From the IMG/VR virus record IMGVR_UViG_3300034407_003411, positions 588-64,587 of that record: a stretch of DNA of 64,000 nt. One strand, 5' to 3'. Each line of letters starts with the position of its first letter. Position 1 is the stretch's first letter. The notes under the pieces were generated by a model. That model was not told where the DNA came from. It did no database searches and saw nothing but the letters and a program-made list of their open reading frames with translations. The translations under genes were made by a program, and so were the position numbers. This DNA comes from a virus. Its lineage: Duplodnaviria; Caudoviricetes. Shown here piece after piece: positions 47,685-57,993 of this stretch.

Positions 47685-47948
47685 TTACTTATAACCTGTT
47701 TTACCCTTATATTGTTTACTTGATTCAGCAAATGCGGGCACATTAACTTTTCCATCTTTATCTACTAATGTTGATTGTCCTTTACCCTTGTTAGCGGCAT
47801 CATGTGATTTTTTTTCTTCAGCATAAAAATCTTGGATTTCCTTAAATGTAAATTTTCTTAGCCATATTGGCATATTATATATTGTATAATAATCGTAAGC
47901 TCCTTTACTATGGAATATGATTGAATGTAAACTTTTAAAGAGGTTCAT
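47685..47948 (-). CDS. tail assembly chaperone C-terminal ORF (gp51/gpT-like), possibly made by frameshift
   Basis: IYNMPIWLRKF motif; frame is open back to the T7 run at 47982-47988. Confidence 0.65.
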   Translation of the reverse strand: MNLFKSLHSIIFHSKGAYDYYTIYNMPIWLRKFTFKEIQDFYAEEKKSHDAANKGKGQSTLVDKDGKVNVPAFAESSKQYKGKTGYK

Positions 47949-47964
47949 TCTTACCTCTGGGGCA

Positions 47965-48696
47965 TTATCCTGCGTCAGGCCAAAAAAAGCTAATCCCTAT
48001 TGGGATTTTTACCTCCTCCCCTCTGTCAGTGCTAATTGTTAAATCAACATCTGGTTGAGTATCTCTGACGTGATCTCTAAATGTTCTTGAGTCTATAGCT
48101 AAAAATTGGTTATCTACAAAACTTCTAACATCTTTTCTATCCGATTCACCATTAATAGATGTAATCATATATTTTAATCTTGTTGTTAAATCAAATGATC
48201 CTTCTTTATTTAACTTTTTTAACCCAGCAATTTCTTTTTGAATTTGTTTATCGTCTTTACCAGTTAAGATTTTATAAGTAATAACATCTCCTGTTCTTTC
48301 AATTTTATAAGTAAATTCATTTTTACCTGGTTCTATGTCTGATATATCAAATGGTTTGTTTTCTATTTCAGTTAAATCAGCAATATGCGTTTGACCATTA
48401 GATCTAAACTCATACTTTTTACCATACCCTAAAATACGTGTAGCAATTAATAATGCATTTTTATCGCCTACAATAATATCCTCAATGTTAATTTTTGGAT
48501 CTACAATCACAGACTCTAATAATTTATCTAATACTGTACCTTTTTGGATATATGATTGGTTAGTTAAAATATCTTCTTCTTTAGCAGTCATGTATTTAAT
48601 TTCTACTTTACCGCTAGATAGGGGATTGTCTTTTTGGTATACTAAGCCTTTTGAAGGTAAATCAATTTCTTCAGTTGGGAATTTAAATTCGCTCAT
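47965..48696 (-). CDS. baseplate hub / tail assembly chaperone (T4 gp26-like)
   Basis: LPSKG, MTAKEEDIL, GDKNALLIATRILGYG, terminal FFWP; ATG 48696. Confidence 0.75.
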   Translation of the reverse strand: MSEFKFPTEEIDLPSKGLVYQKDNPLSSGKVEIKYMTAKEEDILTNQSYIQKGTVLDKLLESVIVDPKINIEDIIVGDKNALLIATRILGYGKKYEFRSNGQTHIADLTEIENKPFDISDIEPGKNEFTYKIERTGDVITYKILTGKDDKQIQKEIAGLKKLNKEGSFDLTTRLKYMITSINGESDRKDVRSFVDNQFLAIDSRTFRDHVRDTQPDVDLTISTDRGEEVKIPIGISFFWPDAG

Positions 48697-48746
48697 ATAA
48701 TCTTTATTTAGTTTATAACGTGTTTTATAGTTATACATATCAATAT

Positions 48747-48773
48747 AAAAAAAAGCTTGACCGAAGCCAAGCT
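48747..48773 (-). terminator. rho-independent terminator after the tail tube gene
   Basis: AGCTTGGC-TTCG-GTCAAGCT followed by a T-run. Confidence 0.85.
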
Positions 48774-48799
48774 ATTTTTAAAAATATGTTGAAAATTTA

Positions 48800-49288
48800 T
48801 TAGAAATTTAAAATACAGTAATCTGGTTGTACTTCTAAAGATATTTCTTGAGCTGCATTTTCTGTATCCCAATTAAAATCTCCAAAGTCTGCTGATGTGA
48901 TTAATGCTCCTTTAATGATCCATTCAGATACTATATCACCTACTGGTCCTAATACATCTAATGTTAGATCTTTTTTATAGAAATCACTATATCCATCTCT
49001 ACCTGTTACTGATTCATGGTGTAATCTTACCCATTCCATTACTGCTTGCGCACCTGATGGTGTAATTGGGTCAAATAACGTCATTGAGATTGGAGCCCAA
49101 GTAGATTTACCTTTAACAAATCTTTGAACGTTAATATGATTTAAAGCTACTGTACCTTGGTTTAATGTTACAGCTCCCATACCTTTAATTTGGTATGATG
49201 GAATCCCATCTACATAAAGAATAAATCTATTCTTTTGTTTTGGCTCAAATGCTGTAAAAAATATTTCGTTTGGGTCTAATACTGCCAT
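48800..49288 (-). CDS. tail tube protein (gp19-like)
   Basis: FEPKQKNRF, W..ISMTLFDPI, AVMEW, YKKD, EWIIKGA; directly downstream of sheath. Confidence 0.88.
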   Translation of the reverse strand: MAVLDPNEIFFTAFEPKQKNRFILYVDGIPSYQIKGMGAVTLNQGTVALNHINVQRFVKGKSTWAPISMTLFDPITPSGAQAVMEWVRLHHESVTGRDGYSDFYKKDLTLDVLGPVGDIVSEWIIKGALITSADFGDFNWDTENAAQEISLEVQPDYCILNF

Positions 49289-49331
49289 TTTTATTGTCTT
49301 ATTTTATTATAAATATTCTATTTTTTAGTTT

Positions 49332-51332
49332 TTATGATGGAAATGTTGCTCCTGTTGGAAGAACATTGAAATCCAAAATTATAAATTCAGCTGTTTTAGT
49401 TGGTTGTAAATAAATTTGACCTACTAACTCGTTTCTATCAATAACATCTGGTGTGTTATTAGTAGCATCCATTACTACTTTAAATGAATACAATCCTTGT
49501 CTTTGTTGTACTGATTCTAAGTATGGGTTTACTTGTGATAAGAAACTATTTCTTGTACTAATTGTGTTTTGTTCAAATACTAAATTATCTGATACTTGTA
49601 CAATATAGTCTTTAAGTGAAATTAATAATCTTCTTACATTTACTCTATCTAAAGCACTTGCTCTTTTCTGTAATGTTTTCTGTCCAAATACTACTGTTCC
49701 ACTTCCTGGGAATGTTGCTATTGGATTAACATTTGCTTCATATAATGTATCTCTATTTCCTGATGTTAATTTTCTTTCAGCTCTAATTACATTTCCTAAA
49801 GCACCTCTAATCAAACCTGCTGGTGCGAACCATGGGTCAGATGATGCGTCTGTAAACGCATATACGCCTGGTATAAACACGGACGCTGGGCTCCACACAG
49901 TCTGTGCGGTATTAGGATCAATCGATTGTAACCACGGCCAATACGTAGCTGCATAACTTGAATCAAATGCACCTGCTTGTGTAGTTACTGTATTAATTGT
50001 TGAATTGTAAGGTACTAAATCAACTACTGCCATACAATCTGTTCTTCCTTGTGCTAAATTAACTAATTGGTTAACTTGTGAAGCATGTAAAGAATGGATT
50101 AAACCTGGAGCTGATATTACATTAAATTGGTAATCATCAGTGTTTGTTAATAGGTTTAATGATTGAGTATAATCATTTGGACCAATTCCTTGTATGTTTG
50201 TAGCATCAATATTTTCATTAAATTTAGCATCATTGTTTTCAATGTTTAAACCATTTCCTCCTTGGAATGAACCTGAGCTCACAATTGGTAAACTATTGAA
50301 GAATGAAGACTTAGCTGCTCCATTATTATCAAAGTATTGTGGGGTTGGTGTTAATACACTTGAAACTCTTACATATGCACTTCTGTTAGGATAGTTACCA
50401 TTTGTTTTAACATAGTAATCTACTCCATCTTGTTCTACTGTGTAATAAGTATCTCCAATTGCTCTAGCTACATAGTTAGGAGCTGTTGGATCCATTGATA
50501 AGTTGTTATAAGACTCTAATATTGCTTTTTGGTTATTAACGTCATTACCACGTCTAATAAATAAAGCAAATTGTCCTGATGCTGTGTTTTGAGAAGGTAT
50601 TTCCCATCTTAAGTTATCAGCTGTACCAAGTGGCAGTGCTCCGTTAGCTAAATCTCCAGTAGATGAGTAATTGTTCATTATTGAACCTTCTGATAATGTA
50701 GATAACACAAATGCTGTTCCATTTATAATGTCATTTGATGTTAATTTTACTTCTACGTTAGTTGTACCACCTATGATAGATGAAGGAATTTGTAAAAATT
50801 CATTAACTAAATATCCAGTTCCTGCTGTAAATTTTATACTAGTTACTGTTTGGTCTGAAGCAACAACTACTACTGCTGCTGCAGTATTAGCTCCACTTCC
50901 ACCTCCGATGTCGCCTGGATTTAATGTATACGATCCTGCTGTACCATCAGATGTGTTTGTTGATATTGAACCACTAACGTTAAATGTTGTATTTAAAGTT
51001 CCTGCTGCAGTAGCTCCATTTTGAATGCTTGAAGAAGCTTCACTAAATGAGCCAGTTACTACTCTAGTTACTAATAGTGACTCACCACCTTGTTCAAAGT
51101 AATTTTGAGCTGCTGTTGAGTTTAAATATGTGTAATATTGGCTACCGCTTTCTACTGTGCCACCAAATATAGCTTGATATTGGGAAAAAGATGAAACTGC
51201 AGTTGGGATACCTACAGGTCCCATAACTGCTGGTCCTACGATTGCCGCACCATATGTAACGGGTCTTGAACCAATAAAAGATTGATCATTTTCTCTTGCT
51301 AATACACCGGGAGATATTAATGTTTCTGCCAT
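49332..51332 (-). CDS. contractile tail sheath protein (gp18-like)
   Basis: SPGVLAREND, PWFAPAG, NVNPIATF, GQKTL, RVNVRRL, FEQN, PTKTAEFI. Confidence 0.96.
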   Translation of the reverse strand: MAETLISPGVLARENDQSFIGSRPVTYGAAIVGPAVMGPVGIPTAVSSFSQYQAIFGGTVESGSQYYTYLNSTAAQNYFEQGGESLLVTRVVTGSFSEASSSIQNGATAAGTLNTTFNVSGSISTNTSDGTAGSYTLNPGDIGGGSGANTAAAVVVVASDQTVTSIKFTAGTGYLVNEFLQIPSSIIGGTTNVEVKLTSNDIINGTAFVLSTLSEGSIMNNYSSTGDLANGALPLGTADNLRWEIPSQNTASGQFALFIRRGNDVNNQKAILESYNNLSMDPTAPNYVARAIGDTYYTVEQDGVDYYVKTNGNYPNRSAYVRVSSVLTPTPQYFDNNGAAKSSFFNSLPIVSSGSFQGGNGLNIENNDAKFNENIDATNIQGIGPNDYTQSLNLLTNTDDYQFNVISAPGLIHSLHASQVNQLVNLAQGRTDCMAVVDLVPYNSTINTVTTQAGAFDSSYAATYWPWLQSIDPNTAQTVWSPASVFIPGVYAFTDASSDPWFAPAGLIRGALGNVIRAERKLTSGNRDTLYEANVNPIATFPGSGTVVFGQKTLQKRASALDRVNVRRLLISLKDYIVQVSDNLVFEQNTISTRNSFLSQVNPYLESVQQRQGLYSFKVVMDATNNTPDVIDRNELVGQIYLQPTKTAEFIILDFNVLPTGATFPS

Positions 51333-51390
51333 TGTCTTATATTATATTTAATATTGTTTTATTATAAATATTGGAAACTATTTCAAAAAT

Positions 51391-51663
51391 CTATTCTACT
51401 GCATCAAATTCTCCAGTTTCTAGGTCTATGTTACCTTCACCGTATTTATCCTGCAGATCCTTGGCTGACTTATTTTGTCTTTCAACTAGATCTTTAAAAT
51501 CTTTTCTTAAATTTTTTCTTCTTTCCTTTAAACTTTCAAGTGCTACTTCTGTAGCCTCTATATCTAAATCTAAAGTTCCCAAACCAATGATAATTTCACT
51601 ATTTTTAGTTTGGATTTCTTTTAATTCTTGCAACTCTTTTTCTTGTAACTTAACTATTGACAT
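51391..51663 (-). CDS. small coiled-coil hypothetical protein
   Basis: KYGEGNIDLETGEF C-terminus; late motif upstream. Confidence 0.7.
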   Translation of the reverse strand: MSIVKLQEKELQELKEIQTKNSEIIIGLGTLDLDIEATEVALESLKERRKNLRKDFKDLVERQNKSAKDLQDKYGEGNIDLETGEFDAVE

Positions 51664-51704
51664 AATTTTTTATTTTATTATAAATATTAATAGATTATTT
51701 AAAA

Positions 51705-52649
51705 TTAATCTCTTTTTCTACCATCCCATGTTGGGTTCCAAATTACATCACTATCATGAAGATTACTAACAGCTTCAGTAGTTATTGTAACTTTTGCTTT
51801 AGAATTAAACTTTTTAGTTGAGTTTAAATCTTTTTGAATAGTGTCTGGGATTAAATATCCACGTAATCTAATATTAAAAGTTCCAGTAACCAACCTATCT
51901 TTATTAACTGTTAGTTCTGTTGCTGTAGTAAAACTATCTATAAATGATCTAAACATATATCTTTCAGGATTACCCCAATATGCATCTGATGCATATTCAC
52001 ATGCTTCAACTATTTTATTTAATTGTTCCATATAGTAAGTTTGTATTAAACAACTATATTCTATAGTAACATAATCAGGTTGTGCTACTACGTGGAATGT
52101 ATCTACAGGTCTTCTATTATTTAAAGTACCAAAATTACTGTAGAAATTCTTACTACTAAATTGTTTTGAAAATACACCATATAAATTAGGCATATTAGCA
52201 TCTAGTTTATTTGCTACTGTTCTATCTTTAGTTAATGTATCTCTTTTAATTACAATAATAGGTAACATAATAGCACCTTTTTTATCTCTATAATACCCAT
52301 CACGTTGAAATGATTTCCATCTCTCAGGGGCACCATATATTACAGGTACTTCTCTACGTTGACCATTTTGATAAACAAAAGGTTTAATTTTATTTTCAAA
52401 ATAATAAAATACTGCTTCATCAATATCTTTAACACCTACTGAAAATTGTTTAGTATCATCATCTTTAAAACTCATTTGAGATGACCTATTATGTTGAATA
52501 CCTGTTTCACTGTAATTTGGATTATTAGGTATATTAGCATCATTAGGGTTTCCTACTCTTCCTCGGTTTTCTATCCCACTAAAAGCATCATGTTTTTTTT
52601 CGCTTAAAGTCAATTGAGATTTTGGTATTGGTTTTCTTGGTTTTGCCAT
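51705..52649 (-). CDS. tail terminator / sheath stabiliser-like protein (gp15-like)
   Basis: VPVIYGAPERW, LPIIVIKR; between neck and sheath genes. Confidence 0.65.
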   Translation of the reverse strand: MAKPRKPIPKSQLTLSEKKHDAFSGIENRGRVGNPNDANIPNNPNYSETGIQHNRSSQMSFKDDDTKQFSVGVKDIDEAVFYYFENKIKPFVYQNGQRREVPVIYGAPERWKSFQRDGYYRDKKGAIMLPIIVIKRDTLTKDRTVANKLDANMPNLYGVFSKQFSSKNFYSNFGTLNNRRPVDTFHVVAQPDYVTIEYSCLIQTYYMEQLNKIVEACEYASDAYWGNPERYMFRSFIDSFTTATELTVNKDRLVTGTFNIRLRGYLIPDTIQKDLNSTKKFNSKAKVTITTEAVSNLHDSDVIWNPTWDGRKRD

Positions 52650-53179
52650 TAGAATCTTTCTTGATATGGTGAAATAGCTACTTTATCAGCAGGTATATAA
52701 TAAGTTGAAACTAAAATTGATATATTATTACCAAATTCTTCTAATCCTGGATTCAGTGGGTTTAATTGTCCATCTGAATCATTATTAGGGTACGAAGGAT
52801 TTTTACCTCCCCAATATTGGTTTGCTACTGTACTTTGAACTCCAAAGTATCCTTCTTCGTATAATATAATATCACCTACTCTAGGTACAACATCTTTTTC
52901 TACTAAATCATCTCTTAAAAAATAAAATTCAATAGGTTGATCAAACTGTACACCTTCATCATTTAAAGCATAATCTTGATTTGATCTGTTTATTAATACA
53001 TTAAATAGAAAAGGACCGTTATAATATTTTTCTTCAGCAGCTTCACCATAAATATTAACTTTTGTTTGTTCTAGTTGGAACTGATAAATTGCTGCTTGTT
53101 GAGTAATAACATTACCCATTACCTCTCTATTTAAGTGCCTCATAAGGGACCAGTCCCTTTGTCTAGTAAACATTGCCAT
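52649..53179 (-). CDS. neck / head closure protein (gp14-like)
   Basis: NIYGEA, PRVGDII; position after the neck adaptor. Confidence 0.6.
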   Translation of the reverse strand: MAMFTRQRDWSLMRHLNREVMGNVITQQAAIYQFQLEQTKVNIYGEAAEEKYYNGPFLFNVLINRSNQDYALNDEGVQFDQPIEFYFLRDDLVEKDVVPRVGDIILYEEGYFGVQSTVANQYWGGKNPSYPNNDSDGQLNPLNPGLEEFGNNISILVSTYYIPADKVAISPYQERF

Positions 53180-53180
53180 A

Positions 53181-54668
53181 TTATGCTATATATATTGTGT
53201 AAGGCACTTGTTGTAACTCAATCATCTTCGATTCAGCTTCAGATGCTCTTCTATTTAATAATGCTTGTCTTGATGTTTCATCAAGGTATGTTCTTAATCT
53301 TTCTATTAATGCTGTTTTTTCAGCTGTAGCTGCAGAAATTAAATCTCCTTGATTTAAGTTTACTTCTGCATTTGGTATTGGAATACTACTATATTTTCCT
53401 CTTACGTATCCTAACATTTCTTTACATAATGCTAATGTATACTCAAATATCCAACTTCTACCTACTGAATTAATTTGTTTATAATCAGGGTTTGAGTAAG
53501 GTGTATTTGATACATTAGTTACTCTATCGGGCATTAATTGGATTGAACTTGAAACTCTTTCATCTCTTAAAATATATTCAAACCATACTTTACCTGCTGT
53601 ACATATTTCATTTAAGTCACTTTTATTAACTTTAAATACAGCATCTCCAGATACAGCTGTAAATCCTAATCCTTCTAGTGTTGCTTGTGTAATTGTAATT
53701 TCATCATTTACTACATAACCACTTCCTGTTGTTATAACTGTGATTTCTGTAATTGATGTTCCATTACCTGTAATTGTTCCAGTTGCTCCACTACCTGATT
53801 TGGCTGTTAATGGTGTTGTAGCTGATGTCTGTGCTACGGAAGCATTTGGAATTGTTGTTGCTGGTATTTTGTCTCCTATAATTAATGAATTACCTTGAAT
53901 TACTTCATTTAAATCTTGTCCAGCATTAAATTCTGGTATAGGGAATATTCTTAGCATATCATTTTTAATCTCAAATGAATAATTAGACATTCTAACCATT
54001 TCATTCATTTCGATTTGCTGTATTACTTGTAAGTCATAGTTTAATGGAGCCATTAAATAACCCATTCCTTGACCAAACCCTCCAAATCCTACAATACCAG
54101 CTGCTACTGCTCCTCCAAATCCAAATCCATTATAAGGATCTAAATATCTTGCTGATGCTGGGAATGGTGGTTGATAAAATACTCTTTTTACTTCTAAGCC
54201 TAAAGCATACTGTGAACCTGTATATCCACTAGCTGTCATAAATGTAGAAAATGAATAATCTTGAACACTTCCTGTGAGATCAAAAGAACCAGAATACCAA
54301 GGAACGTTTCCTCCTGATCCTGCTTCAGCACCATATTGTTCTGTTAACCTAACTATAGGTTCAAAACTCGGTGTTATAAGTGAATGATTTAAATCACTAC
54401 CAGTGGACGATCCTTCTAATGATAATTGATTATCTCGTATTTTATACGCGTAAATTTCATTACCATATGTGGTTACAGCTTCTTCAAAAGCAGTAAATAT
54501 AGAAGAAGATTGTAGTTCAATGTCTGTTAGTGGGTATCCTAATCTAGAAGCAACAAATTTTGCAACTTTAACAGCATCAGTTTGAAATTGAGTGTCGGAA
54601 TTGTAAAAACCGAAAGGTACTGCATCAGCGTTCCAGATTGGGCAACCATCATAAATTGGTACATTCAT
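53181..54668 (-). CDS. neck / head-tail adaptor protein (gp13-like)
   Basis: RLGYPLTDIEL, WIFEYTLALCKEMLG.VRGKY, LNQGDL. Confidence 0.8.
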   Translation of the reverse strand: MNVPIYDGCPIWNADAVPFGFYNSDTQFQTDAVKVAKFVASRLGYPLTDIELQSSSIFTAFEEAVTTYGNEIYAYKIRDNQLSLEGSSTGSDLNHSLITPSFEPIVRLTEQYGAEAGSGGNVPWYSGSFDLTGSVQDYSFSTFMTASGYTGSQYALGLEVKRVFYQPPFPASARYLDPYNGFGFGGAVAAGIVGFGGFGQGMGYLMAPLNYDLQVIQQIEMNEMVRMSNYSFEIKNDMLRIFPIPEFNAGQDLNEVIQGNSLIIGDKIPATTIPNASVAQTSATTPLTAKSGSGATGTITGNGTSITEITVITTGSGYVVNDEITITQATLEGLGFTAVSGDAVFKVNKSDLNEICTAGKVWFEYILRDERVSSSIQLMPDRVTNVSNTPYSNPDYKQINSVGRSWIFEYTLALCKEMLGYVRGKYSSIPIPNAEVNLNQGDLISAATAEKTALIERLRTYLDETSRQALLNRRASEAESKMIELQQVPYTIYIA

Positions 54669-54719
54669 AGTTAGTATTTTGTTATAAATATGAAATATAT
54701 TTTTATTATTATAAATATG

Positions 54720-54747
54720 AAAAAAAAGCCCCGCTAATGCGGGGCTT
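54720..54747 (-). terminator. rho-independent terminator after the major capsid gene
   Basis: AAGCCCCGC-ATTA-GCGGGGCTT followed by a T-run. Confidence 0.88.
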
Positions 54748-54773
54748 AATTTTTGATCTAAATTAATCTATGA

Positions 54774-56507
54774 TTATAGAGTGTTTAAACCGTTTACTTC
54801 GATAGTACCATAAAATTCTGGTCTAACCATCTTCTTAGCGTAACGAGTTAATAGACCTTTTCTTGGTGTGAAAGTGTCTGGATCGTATACTAATGGAGTC
54901 ATGATTAACGGAATATATGGAGCGAATACAGCACCACTTTCAAGGAACTGAGAACCTCTAAATCCTAAAAGGATTTTGTTTTCAGTCATGTAAGGGTTTT
55001 TGTAAACTTTATATCTACCATTGATTGAACCAACTTTTTGTACACCAAATGCGTAGCTAGCTTTAGCAGCATCACCATCTGAATCAGCAGCAAATCCTGG
55101 AATACTTTCCAAGATAGTACCTACAGTTGGAGAACATACTAAGAAGTTAGCACCACCTCTAAGAGTTTTCTGGTGTATAATGTTACTCAATTTTTGGATT
55201 TTAGTTCCTAATGTTTGGAACCATTGTCCTTGAGAGTTGTAGAAATTTAAATCACTTGTAGCTCCTGAAGAGTGTACAATTGATCTGTTGTTAACAGCTG
55301 ACCATACTTCTGTTCCAGCAGCAGCGTCATCAATTAACATACTTAAGATTTCTAAATCGATCTCTAGTGAAATGTACTCACTTAAGATTGAAGTTAATTC
55401 AGCTTCAGCATCTAATGCATGGTATGCATTTAAATCCTGTGCGAATTCTGGAGTCCATACAGCTTTCAGTTTTCTAGTTTTAGCAACGATTGCAGATGAT
55501 TTCATCTGAATGTTGATTTCTGGAATAACTTGCTCTGGGCAACATCCTGCAGCATCACCTGATCCGCTTTCGTTATTGTAAGCGTTAGGTACTGGGTTTC
55601 CAGCTTCAAAGTCACCTCTGTACTTGTCAGTAGGTTGAATTTGATATACTATTGATACTGGGTCACCAGCAGCAATTTGAGTTACACCATTGTCTACTGA
55701 AGCAGAAGGTACGATAAAGTAAACGTGTCCTTCACCTTCGTATCTAGTGAATGCAGATAATTGGTGTCCTTTTGAACCTGTAATTGTTAAGTTCAAGTTA
55801 TCACTTGCTGGGTTAGCTTGTGAACCTGAGAATAACTGGAATCCAGCTACACCTTTAAAGTCACCAAATGCTAGAGAAGCAGTTGGAACTCCAATTTTAA
55901 CATATACATTATCAGCAGCGATAGATGCAGAATATTCTGAATCATAATCCATATCTTTCCAAGTAGCGTTTGCTACAGTAGTTGTACCTGACATAGATTG
56001 TGTGTTTTGGACAGAATATCCAAATCTACCTGCACCATAAAGACCACCTTCATTTGTGTTACCAAATGGAGCAGTGTTTGCAGTTGTATTACCATATAAA
56101 GAGTCACCTGCTTTAAATGGAGATTTGTCGTTTCCATATTGGAAATCTAGGAAGAATACTAGACCAGAAGGTAAGTTCATTGGTTGAACACTAACGAATT
56201 CTTTCGCAGCGATCTGTCCAAATACTTTTCTTACTAATGGTAAAGCAACTCCAGCCCACTGACCACCGATATTAGTAGCAGTTTGGCTTTGGAAAGTTCC
56301 TGAGGAAGCAGCGCCTCCACCAGTTGAACTTTGCTCAACAACAAGTTGTTTAGCTTGGTTTTCAAGAATAATTCCCATGTTATTTTTGTGGGAACCTTCT
56401 AAACCTTCTAAAAGACCTGTCTTTTCCCATTTACCAGCAAGTCTTGCTGCATCAGACTGTAAAGACTGATATGGGTTAGCGCTTTCTAAAAGAGAATTTA
56501 AGCTCAT
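54774..56507 (-). CDS. major capsid protein (gp23-like)
   Basis: ILENQ, LVRKV, VQPMNLPSGLVF, AKTRKLKAVWTPE.AQDL, APYIPL, TRY. Confidence 0.96.
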   Translation of the reverse strand: MSLNSLLESANPYQSLQSDAARLAGKWEKTGLLEGLEGSHKNNMGIILENQAKQLVVEQSSTGGGAASSGTFQSQTATNIGGQWAGVALPLVRKVFGQIAAKEFVSVQPMNLPSGLVFFLDFQYGNDKSPFKAGDSLYGNTTANTAPFGNTNEGGLYGAGRFGYSVQNTQSMSGTTTVANATWKDMDYDSEYSASIAADNVYVKIGVPTASLAFGDFKGVAGFQLFSGSQANPASDNLNLTITGSKGHQLSAFTRYEGEGHVYFIVPSASVDNGVTQIAAGDPVSIVYQIQPTDKYRGDFEAGNPVPNAYNNESGSGDAAGCCPEQVIPEINIQMKSSAIVAKTRKLKAVWTPEFAQDLNAYHALDAEAELTSILSEYISLEIDLEILSMLIDDAAAGTEVWSAVNNRSIVHSSGATSDLNFYNSQGQWFQTLGTKIQKLSNIIHQKTLRGGANFLVCSPTVGTILESIPGFAADSDGDAAKASYAFGVQKVGSINGRYKVYKNPYMTENKILLGFRGSQFLESGAVFAPYIPLIMTPLVYDPDTFTPRKGLLTRYAKKMVRPEFYGTIEVNGLNTL

Positions 56508-56538
56508 TGTTTTAAATTTTAATTGTTAATAATAGTTT

Positions 56539-57867
56539 TTAAATTAAACCGGCTAGCTTACGCATACGGTTATAAACATCATTTGATTCGATGATAGGTT
56601 GTTTAACAGCCTTTGGTTCTAAACCACTTGCTTTTGAAGCTGAACCCTTTTTGATTGACTCATTAATAGGAGATTTATCTAATAAACCTTCTGATAACGT
56701 TTCAAAAATAGTTTTTGCTTGTCCAACATTCTTCGCTTTGTCAAATGCTTTTAATACCTTAACTTTTTTACTTTCAGTTAAGTTTTTTGCCTTGAAAATT
56801 TTGTTAGTGTAAAGTAACTTAGCATTTAAAAGGTTAACTTCATTTAATTCAACTTTAAGCGCTTGAATTTCTTCCATTGCTTCTTTGAATCGCATTTTTT
56901 CAGTTTCTTTTTCGATTTTAGAGTCATCTTTGTCTCCATCCTCGTTTCCGACACCTTTTTCACCTTTTACTCGAGATTTTCTTTCGTCAATCTCTTCTTT
57001 AGCTTCATCAACTTTTTCACTTTCATCCATTTCGTCTTTGTCTTTGGCTTCGTCGATTTCTACGTCTACGTCTACGTCGTCTACAACATCAATGTCTTCA
57101 ACGTCTTCAACTTCAACTTCGTCTTCTACGAATTCGTCGCCCGGTTCAATTTCTCCGTCAGCGACCATGTCTTTAATGACATCCTCGATAAACCCTTTAA
57201 GATCATCTTCTGACATATCTTCAAGATCGATTTCTTCATCGTCCATCTTGTCTTCCATGTCTTCTTTTTCGTCTTCCATACCGTCCTTGTAGCCTTCTTC
57301 TTCAGCATCAGTTCTAGCATCTTCCTTAATGTCATCTTTGTCGTCGCCTTTTTTAGCTTCGTCCATTTTGTCATCTTCGTCTTTTGCTTCTGATACTTTT
57401 AAAGATTTAAGTTCTTTTTCGATGTCGTCTTTAGCGTCCTCGAATCCGTCCTTATAGCCTTCTTGTTCAGCATCTGTACGTTTGTTTTCTTTGACCTTAT
57501 CAGAATCATCAAGCTCAGCTAATAGCTCGTCAAGATTAATTTCCTCGTCGATTTCTTCATCCTCATTAATTGAATAATTAGGAGTACTTTGTCCAACCTT
57601 TTTAGGGTCTTTTAAAGTAACTGATTTACTTCGACTTGGGTTATTCTTATCGTTCCAGCTAACAGCATCCATTTCCTCAACTTTCTCTTCTTCTTCTTTT
57701 ACCTCTTCATCTTTTTTATCCATTTCGTCTAACTTTGCAGCTAGCATAGATTTAAGATGGGGTGTAAAAGCTTCTTCAAGAGCAAGTTTAGCATTCGTGA
57801 TTGCAGTTTCCCTAACGGCTCGTGCATCAGCGATTGCTTCTTTTAGCAAATCTTTGTTTGTTGCCAT
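56539..57867 (-). CDS. prohead scaffold/core protein (gp22-like)
   Basis: highly acidic, between protease and capsid genes; NLLNAKLLY, RMRKLAG. Confidence 0.8.
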   Translation of the reverse strand: MATNKDLLKEAIADARAVRETAITNAKLALEEAFTPHLKSMLAAKLDEMDKKDEEVKEEEEKVEEMDAVSWNDKNNPSRSKSVTLKDPKKVGQSTPNYSINEDEEIDEEINLDELLAELDDSDKVKENKRTDAEQEGYKDGFEDAKDDIEKELKSLKVSEAKDEDDKMDEAKKGDDKDDIKEDARTDAEEEGYKDGMEDEKEDMEDKMDDEEIDLEDMSEDDLKGFIEDVIKDMVADGEIEPGDEFVEDEVEVEDVEDIDVVDDVDVDVEIDEAKDKDEMDESEKVDEAKEEIDERKSRVKGEKGVGNEDGDKDDSKIEKETEKMRFKEAMEEIQALKVELNEVNLLNAKLLYTNKIFKAKNLTESKKVKVLKAFDKAKNVGQAKTIFETLSEGLLDKSPINESIKKGSASKASGLEPKAVKQPIIESNDVYNRMRKLAGLI

Positions 57868-57993
57868 AATCCCAAAATTTAGTTTGTGAAATACGATTAT
57901 TAAGAATCGTAATAGAAATTATTAATTGTCTCACACCATATAAAGATACTCATGGTGTATTATGCTTATACGTATATGTAGATAATGTTAAAA

